64,000 nt of DNA from Octopus vulgaris (Eukaryota). Location of the stretch: assembly GCA_951406725.2 (NCBI GenBank), contig OX597831.1, positions 38,316,001 through 38,380,000 on the forward strand, given 5' to 3'. This document shows, in pieces, positions 55,981 to 64,000 of this stretch. The notes beneath the pieces are model-generated. The model worked only from the letters and a program-made list of their open reading frames with translations. It ran no database searches and was not told where the DNA came from. The translations under genes were made by a program, and so were the position numbers. The stretch's first letter is position 1; every line of letters starts with the position of its first letter.

Positions 55981-56949
55981 CCGTCATATAATATTGAAGT
56001 AGACAAAATCAGAAATATGTTTGTGAAAACAGGCCATAAAATCGATAATTTCACTGGAAATTAAGAAGTTTTGGCTTTAAACTAGCGTGTTATGAAGAAT
56101 CAGTTGGGTAATAAAAGTTTCAGACGTTTATCGACCTCTTCAATAAACACATAATCCAGCCTTAGGGGCCAATATTTACCATTTTACTGTCTCACCCTGC
56201 TGCATAGTTTTTCAAATTGGTTTACTCTGCTGTGTTCTATTTACTCATAAACTGCAGTTCTGTCCTTCAAAAAAAATATATAAATATCTCAGGTTTATCT
56301 TAATCCCTTTAGGCTCAATGCTTAGATCATGGCTTCCCTATAGACATATACGTTGCTCTATTTCTTTTGTTGTCATCATCAGTTAAAACGCGCAAAACAT
56401 AGGAGAATCTAATATGGCATCGTAATACGGTGTGGTCTAAAACTGTTGAAAACTAGTTTCAAAAAAATGTCCCCTTTCTATAGAGGTAATATGGATCTAA
56501 TTCAATATATAAATGCTAAGGCAGCGGGCAGGCAGAATCGCCTGGGAGCATTTTGTCTGTCTTTAGGTTCTGAGGGGTCGTTGTTCCCTTTCATTCTTTC
56601 ATGCACAAAACGAAAAGTTGCCATTTGAGTCCTGGGCTCAATGTAATTGGTTCTAAATGAATTCGTCTACAACAAATTGTCTGTTTGTGGTTGTATGTGT
56701 GTGTGTGTGTTTGTATGTATGCATGTGTGTGAGTGTGTAGTTGTGCGTGTGGTTGTATGTGTGTGTATGTGTGATTGTATGTGTATCTATAGTTGTATAT
56801 GTGTGTGAGGTTGTATGCATGTGTGTGTGGTTGCATGTGTTTGTAATGTATGAGTGTGTGTGGTTGTATGTGTGTGGCTGTATGTATGAGTGTGTGCGTG
56901 TGATATGTTTGTCTGCAGTTGTACGTGTGTGTTTGGTTGTATGTATGTG

Positions 56950-57350
56950 GATTTCGCCCGACGCTACGTTCTGAGCTCAAGTACCGCGGTGGTCAACTTT
57001 GCTTTCCATCCTTTTGGGGTCGAAATATTCACTACCCGTGAAACAATGGGATCGATGTAATCGACTCCTCCCCATCTCCAAAATGTCAAGCCTTGTGCGT
57101 TTAGTAGAAATTATTATTATTATTTTTGTTGTTGTTATTATTATTGTTGTTGTTGTTGTTGTTGTTGTTTTAAAACGGAGTGACGTAACTCTTCACATTG
57201 ACTGCAGTACTTGATTTTTATTAATTCCATGAACTCCGAAAGGATAAAATGCAAAGTCGTCATCGGTGGAATTTGAACTCAGAACGTAACGTCGGACGAA
57301 ATGCTGATAAGCATTTTTACCGGAGTGCAAACGATTCTGCCAGCTCGCAG
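56950..57350. mobile_element. Two SINE family B copies in inverted, tail-to-tail orientation
   Basis: Plus copy 56950-57115 (ctttccatccttttggggtcga); minus copy 57190-57350. Confidence 0.75.
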
Positions 57351-57765
57351 ACCCATAGCCGCCATTTAATAAAACTACCAAGAACGATGTAATAAACAGT
57401 ACTAAATTCAATATCTTTGGCAGTAAAATTTTAAAACAAAAACGCATCTATTCCATCGAGAGATATGAAATAAATTCTTTAAGAGCTGAATCAATTTCCC
57501 AAGAGGATGTTACATCTGTCCCTTAATCGATCGAACTGAAAGGACATTCAAAGCGCTTACTCGAATCGATTGCTAAAATCAATTAATGTGCTCAGATGTC
57601 AAAATTTGAAAGCTAGAAATAAACGCTAAGTACTTATAACATAAATATATAATGAATAAATATTTACAACATGAAAATACAATAATTTTATCACGTAAGC
57701 TGGATTGATCGACTTTATATACATAAATTAGAATTGCAAGTAAAATCTTATGTTGCATTTTAATG

Positions 57766-57796
<31 letters not shown>

Positions 57797-58324
57797 TTGC
57801 AGAAGCAGTTGTATATTTATGGTTGGCAGTTATGTGAGCAGGGACGTTTCGAACATTTTTATACCAACGTAGTACAATTTATCATTATATATCCACGGCT
57901 ACATTGTGAAAAAAATGTCTTATTATTTATTTTAAAAATCAGTATTCAGAAGAATATTTTGGTTGCTATTTCTCGACGGTACAATTATGTCAGGAAGCTC
58001 TTTAAATCTTTTGTGGTGAAGTTTACCATAAAAATAAGTATTGATGCTTCCTTCCAAATGAGTATGATTTATCTGACTTAGTAATATATGTCAAGTTAAA
58101 TATTTTTGGAGCCAATGTAATTCCGACAAAGTGACACTCACGGAGCTCCAGTTATTGATCATGATATAATTACGGATGTGACTAGACTAAGAATTGACAG
58201 CGAAAGAAAGACATAAAGAGAAGTATACAAGCAATTTGGCGAGGGAAGCATGAAATTAAGTACTTTACTTATGAAATATGTTACCTTGGTTGTAGATACA
58301 CACACACACACACACATATCTGCA

Positions 58325-58444
58325 CAGTAATACCTCACTTTACGAGGATCCGCTTTACGAGACACTGGTTTTATGAATTTTTACGAGTTTTCGTTAACGA
58401 GCGTTCTTCGGAAACGAATTAACTCGTATATCGTGGCATTACTA
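58325..58444. mobile_element. Tigger/pogo-like MITE
   Basis: Imperfect TIRs cagtaatacctcactttacgag ... ctcgtatatcgtggcattacta, internal ttacgag subrepeats, embedded in CA/TG repeats. Confidence 0.65.
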
Positions 58445-58821
58445 TGTGTGTGTGCGTGTGTGTGTGTATGTATGTGTGTGTGTGTGTGTGTGACTGCGTG
58501 TGTGTGTGTGTGCGCGCGTGTGTGTTTGTGTGTGTGTGTATAACAAGTAAAGCACAGGCGTCAGTTCATTACGGCCGTTTCTACCGTTTTGATGAGTATA
58601 TTATATCATTATAAAGAAACAGTTTCTCTGAAAGGAATACATGAACTTTACAATCAAGGACATTCCAAACGATTTAGCATATTTTAAAATCCACTGAGCA
58701 AAACATTTTCACTGGTTTTCCTAGTTTTTCAATTAACAGAATGGATTTACCAAAATAACCAAAACGACTTTGATAATTTAGTAGGATGATCTGACCATAG
58801 ATAATTTTCTTACTACTTACC

Positions 58822-59053
58822 TATTTCTTTATTACCCACGAGGGGCTAAACATAGAGGGGACAAACAAGGACAGACAAAGGGATTATGTCGATTACATCG
58901 ACCCCAGTGCGTAACTGGTACTTAATTTATCGACCCCGAAAGGATGAAAGGCAAAGTCGACCTCGGCGGAATTTGAACTCACAACGTAACGGCAGACGAA
59001 GTACTGCAAAGCATTTCGCCCGGTGTGCTAACGCTTCTGCTAGCTCACCGCCT
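58822..59053 (-). mobile_element. SINE family B, full length, with TSD
   Basis: Complete head to tail; direct repeat tactacttacc at 58811-58821 and 59059-59069. Confidence 0.9.
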
Positions 59054-59794
59054 TTTCGTACTACTTACCAGTAGACAATAGGCAACTCCTTGGTAGACAT
59101 ATCCCAGACAGACAGTGACGCGACTTTCTCTATCGTTAGAAGTGGAGATAATTGTGCCACTGGAGGTTGCATATTGCTTCCCCTCCTGTAAAAACTAACC
59201 TCTAAGTTTCTCTGATCTGATTATATGCACCTTATTTTGATAAATCCATTCTGTCAACTGAAATAGTTGCAGAATCAGTAAAAAGGTTTTACTTCGTGGA
59301 TATCAAAATAGGTTAAATTATTTGGAACGTACTTGATTGTAAAGTTCATGTATTCATCCGAGGAAAACGTTTTCTGTATAATGATATAATGTACTCATTA
59401 ATTAATTAAAGAAGCAGTTAGAAACTGCGGTAATGAATTAACACTTGTCCTTCAATTGTTACTCATATTTTACTCACTTATCTCGGAAAATTGCCCTTCA
59501 CAAATTCTGAAGTATATTATGGACGATATATTTAATAAAATATATATGTCTGAATAGCTCAAGAGCCGTTGACATACTCAGCTGAGTCAAATTGTGTGCA
59601 TGCACTACATGAATATCATTCTGCACCAAAGTTGATATTTACATAATATTGTTGTGTGAGTGTGTTTGTGTATTATTCCGACCTAACGCAGCGACTGAAC
59701 TTAAGTACCCAATTCAACTGGATCTTATATATATTTATACATACGTACATATATATATACATACATACATAAATACATACATATATACATATAC

Positions 59795-59870
<76 letters not shown>

Positions 59871-60257
59871 ATATATCCACATAGACGTCTGTGTGTGCAT
59901 GGAAGTCTTAATATTTAATTAACAGAAATTAACAGACACACACAGAACGACGTCCAATTTTTGCTAGACTTAGCTGTCATGACCTTCTCTGACATCTCTT
60001 TATTGAATTTAAGTGTCAAAGACTCTAAAATACAATAGGATCGTGTGTAGTGAATACGATGGAATATGAAGCTATCGCACGATCTTATGTGGCTGGATAT
60101 CGGGAAAAATAACTTTAACTAATTGAAGGAAACTCATGAAGGATTGAGCCATGATTATGTGTGTAGATGAAATATTACAGTGAGTCATCCGAATTGCTTA
60201 GGTTGTCAAATGTGTGATGGACTTGCAACATCAGTGTTTGTTTGAATGCATGTGTGA

Positions 60258-60301
<44 letters not shown>

Positions 60302-60306
<5 letters not shown>

Positions 60307-60517
60307 ATCCAAACATGAAAACACAAAGAGAAAACACAACAACGCAAGGACGTGGAGCAAGTATAGTATTATTGGACGCTCGGGAAAGAAGGAAAGAAGG
60401 AGGGTTTAATGTTTCGAGCGGAGCTCTTCGTCAGAAACATAGGATAAAGGAAAGATCCAAAGAAGGGAAGACGGTGGGATAAAATCGCCAACGGTACACA
60501 CGTGGTCACATTTTGAA
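60302..60517 (-). mobile_element. Short non-coding PLE pLTR-like element inserted in (TA)n
   Basis: Flanked by TA tracts and contains an HHR motif. Confidence 0.65.
60404..60438 (-). ncRNA. Minimal type I hammerhead motif with a probable stem III point mutation
   Basis: Minus strand: gttt-CTGACGA-a-gagc(tcc)gctc-GAAA-c-att-aaac. Stem I gttt/aaac, stem II gagc/gctc, stem III ACAT where palindromic ACGT is expected. Confidence 0.68.
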
Positions 60518-60785
60518 TATATATATATATATAAACATATATGTCAAAATAAGCAACAGGGATATCCAGAGGTAATGCAGTACGATCGTTTCGTGCAACT
60601 CCATTTAATTGAACAACGCAGTCATTACATTAATATAAAAGGAAGAGCAATGCTCAGCTGCACAAAAACATAGAATTTAATTAAATTAGAACAGATGGAC
60701 ACATTAGTATAATTATACCTAAAATCTCCTAGGAGTTAAGGAGATAGACAAAGAACATGCTGTCTACACTCCATTATAGAAGTAA

Positions 60786-60826
<41 letters not shown>

Positions 60827-60827
<1 letters not shown>

Positions 60828-61272
60828 TAAAAGGAAAAGGAGATTTACGATTACTATATTTTAAATATGATTTATTAACATAATATTATATTACAATAAA
60901 TATAATATAATATGATATGAATAGAAGTACAACTATTTATCCTACAGATTTTTTTGATTAATACTCAATAATGAATTCTCAAGAACTTCATATTTATGGG
61001 TACGAATGAGATCAGGGAAATATTCCCCTGATGAGATAAAGACACATAAATATGAATTTTTTAATAAATTTAATATTGTGTATGATTCGAAACATTTAAA
61101 ATACGTCAATCGTAAATCTACATATCCTTTTAATTTTTCTATATTGAATATATACTCTTTTGGGTTGTGGAAAGATTTTTTCTGCCATATTGGATATTTA
61201 CTGAAAAACCAGTGGAAAATTCGGTGTTTTTCGATTCCTATAAAAAAAATCCAGTTTTTCCTTGTATTGAAT
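60827..61272. mobile_element. AT-rich element between (TA)n tracts with an imperfect inverted repeat
   Basis: ttaaaagga...agatttacgatt...tattttaaat (60827-60866) versus atttaaaata...aatcgtaaatct...tccttttaa (61094-61133). Confidence 0.5.
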
Positions 61273-61446
61273 TTATATATATATATATATATATATATAA
61301 ATGCGTTAGGAAGAGTGTTATGAAGGGCATCCAGCCTGTCGTATATGCGTATATGTGAGTGTATCTATGCGTGTGTATTTTTTGTCTGTGGTTGCCCACT
61401 CACCATCGCCTGGAAAACCGGTGCTGGTGAATGTAAGGCTTAGATC

Positions 61447-61710
61447 TTACTCGTTAGCCGTGTCTTCATTCATTTCATAGTCCAGAGCAGTCATGGAAAG
61501 ATAGGATGCCAATGTGTTGCCTTCAAGGACAGCCGCCATGATTGCAAGACACTGAGTGTCTCCATCAAGAGAATAAGCTTGAGCTTCCGTGCTCATGTAG
61601 ATTATATTGATTGCAGAAACTCTGGCATCAGGTATGTGATATGAAACAAGGCTAAACATAAGATTTCTCCTACTGATGGAGTTACGGAAGATGCCGTAGA
61701 GGAAGACCCG
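61447..61710 (-). mobile_element. RTE LINE reverse transcriptase fragment
   Basis: FRNSISRRNLMFSLVSYHIPDARVSAINIIYMSTEAQAYSLDGDTQCLAIMAAVLEGNTLASYLSMTALDYEM, a decayed AFDSIxR...YGIP...GVLQGDTLAPxLF. Confidence 0.8.
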
Positions 61711-62057
61711 TTCGTACACTCATCAATCAACTGTCAAACAATAAAAGCCTCAATAATGCGCAGTTGCCAAAACCAATGGAAAATCGTGGGTTGTGGAAAG
61801 ACTATGTCGGGAGTGTTAGGCGATAGGAGTTATGATATACATACATACATAAATACATACATGCATATACATATACACACGCACAAGCACATACACACAC
61901 GCGCGCACTCACGCAAACACACATATGTATATATATATATTTGTATATATATATATGCATGTATGATTACGTGTGTATATGTCCACGCGAGTGTGCATGA
62001 TTATATGTACGTGCATATGTATATATATATATATAGAGAGAGAGAAACAGACAAACG

Positions 62058-62114
<57 letters not shown>

Positions 62115-63124
62115 TTAGACAGACAGACAGACAGACAGGTAGAGATAGCAGTCAGACAAAGATATAGATAAATACACCAAGTTTTAAGATCGATGCCTTC
62201 CAATATCTTCGATTGCATTATAGGCAACTCACGATGTTGGAATAATGGGATAGAAATCCTTTAATCCGGAATAACGCGGACCCTTTGTTACTGACGGTTC
62301 AGGTTTGAGAAATTAATAATAATGATAGAGTAAGACTTGCTTGTATAAATTCTAAGTTCGTGGAGACATTAACCTCAGCAGCAGAGTATTGAAAACGCAG
62401 TGAGCGAGAGACTACCTTACGTTGTGCTCATAAAAATGTAACAATGGATGTATAACAGGCATTATCACAAATACATCAATAGTTGAAGTAAAGCAATTCT
62501 TTATGCTTGAAAAAAAAAAAAAAGCACGTCATTATATCACTTCAATCAGAGCACGTCAATATAGAAATCTAATACTAAACTACACAAGAGGATGAAATAT
62601 GCAACTCACAGGAAGTCTTATTGAAGTTTCAGTTAACAATTGTCCAACAAATTGCAGCAAGATATTGGTTCCGATAATCGAATTATTTCAAATCATCACA
62701 CTTGGGGGAAAAAAATTTATTCAGCAACCATTCATGAGAACACATCGCCTACATAAAACGTATCTGGAACTGATATATCCTTGTCTGGGAATGTTTGCTG
62801 TCATATCATTTTTGCAAACAAGCTGATATCTGGTGGTGAATGTCTTTTTCTTTTGTTTGTCTGTTTTTTTTTGGTTGTTTTTTTTTTGCATGTATTAGAT
62901 AAAAAAAAATTTTTTGTCTGTTTCTGCTTCTTAGTGAAAGTGAGTAATCATAATCACCCAGGAATTAACTGCAGAAAGAAATTTAATTTACGTGGGGTTT
63001 TTTTTTTATACCTTTCCATCATGTATTCTCGACTGAATGTCTGTAGCACGGTAGTGCAATACAAAGAACCATCTTTGAAAAAAATGAATAACATTAACAT
63101 ATGTTCGAGATAAAGTTATAGGTA

Positions 63125-63372
63125 ATAAAATGGTGGTAAGAAAGTTGGTACTCAAATACATGGTTCCGAGTTCGCTGTCAGTGCGTGGAAATTTCGGCAA
63201 GAGTTTTCTTCTATAGTTCAAGGTCAAACAAATGCTTGTGAGTGGATTTATTGGAGGGAAACTGAAAAAGGCCCGTTGTATGTGTGTGTGTGTTTGTGTG
63301 TGTTTGTGTGTGTGCGTTTCTGTATGTGTTTCTCTTTATCGTTATGGTCGTTCCCCCCACTATGCCTTGCAA
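63125..63372 (+). mobile_element. SINE family A, diverged
   Basis: tggtaagaaag...catggttccgagttcg...cttgtgagtggattt...ggaaactgaaaaaggcccgt. Confidence 0.7.
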
Positions 63373-63560
63373 ACGTACACACACACACAAGACAATGTTT
63401 CCTGAGGCTAAATAGCAGTATCATTCGTCCTAATCACCACTGCCACATTATGTTGGCAAATAATCCTCACTCCAGAGTACTGTTACTGAGTGTCTATCGT
63501 TCAGAGCTTTTAAGATAGTATATATATATGTGTGTATATATATATATATATGTATGTATG

Positions 63561-63615
<55 letters not shown>

Positions 63616-63622
63616 ATATATA

Positions 63623-63658
<36 letters not shown>

Positions 63659-64000
63659 TGTATGTATATAAGGAATAATTAAAATTCAGTTGAATTAGGT
63701 ACTTAAATTGAGGCAGTACGTCAATCCGGTATTAGCCGCACAGCTCGAAGGTGAATAAAAAGCAAATAAGTAACAAGGATGTCCAGGTACTAGTGCGTTA
63801 CGGCTGTTTAAAGCGGCTCCATTTAATCGATCAACGTGAGCATTACATCAATTTGAAATACACCACCTTCCTTGGTTGAAAAATACCATATGGGTTTTGA
63901 ACATACAGGATACTCTATTATATTTTTTTTAACAAATTTTTATCAGAAATAGAGAATAAAATTATTACAAGATTGTTGCTATTATTGTAGCAAAATGAAC

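Noticed and set aside
62599-63113. Non-repetitive 75-aa and 110-aa ORFs
   Set aside because: No recognisable motifs; they run through poly-T tracts and are consistent with chance ORFs.

Overview
AT-rich animal (eukaryotic) intergenic or intronic DNA with no recognisable intact protein-coding gene. Nearly all ORFs in the supplied track are translations of (TA)n, (CA)n, (GATA)n, (TAA)n or (CTT)n microsatellites. From memory of the repeat families, the source is most likely a coleoid cephalopod (Octopus); this is an inference, not a search result. The window is a transposon graveyard: about 15 copies of a tRNA/CORE-type SINE with an internal microsatellite, about 15 Meta-domain SINE pieces, tRNA-Arg-like SINEs, RTE LINE fragments, a Dong/R4 LINE fragment between (TAA)n tracts, a decayed Ty3/gypsy pol, four mariner remnants, piggyBac-like and Tigger-like MITEs, and three different Penelope-like element (PLE) GIY-YIG remnants. 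The most notable signal is a set of minimal type I hammerhead ribozyme (HHR) motifs in short non-coding PLE-terminal elements next to (TA)n tracts. One HHR carries a compensated G3-C8 core and lies head-to-head with a second copy as a palindrome (37878-38011). Another sits in the loop of a ~130-bp inverted repeat (31810-32198). A Naiad-like GIY-YIG domain also shows a ~128-codon insertion between its GIY and YIG motifs. All calls come from reading the sequence by eye and coordinates are approximate.
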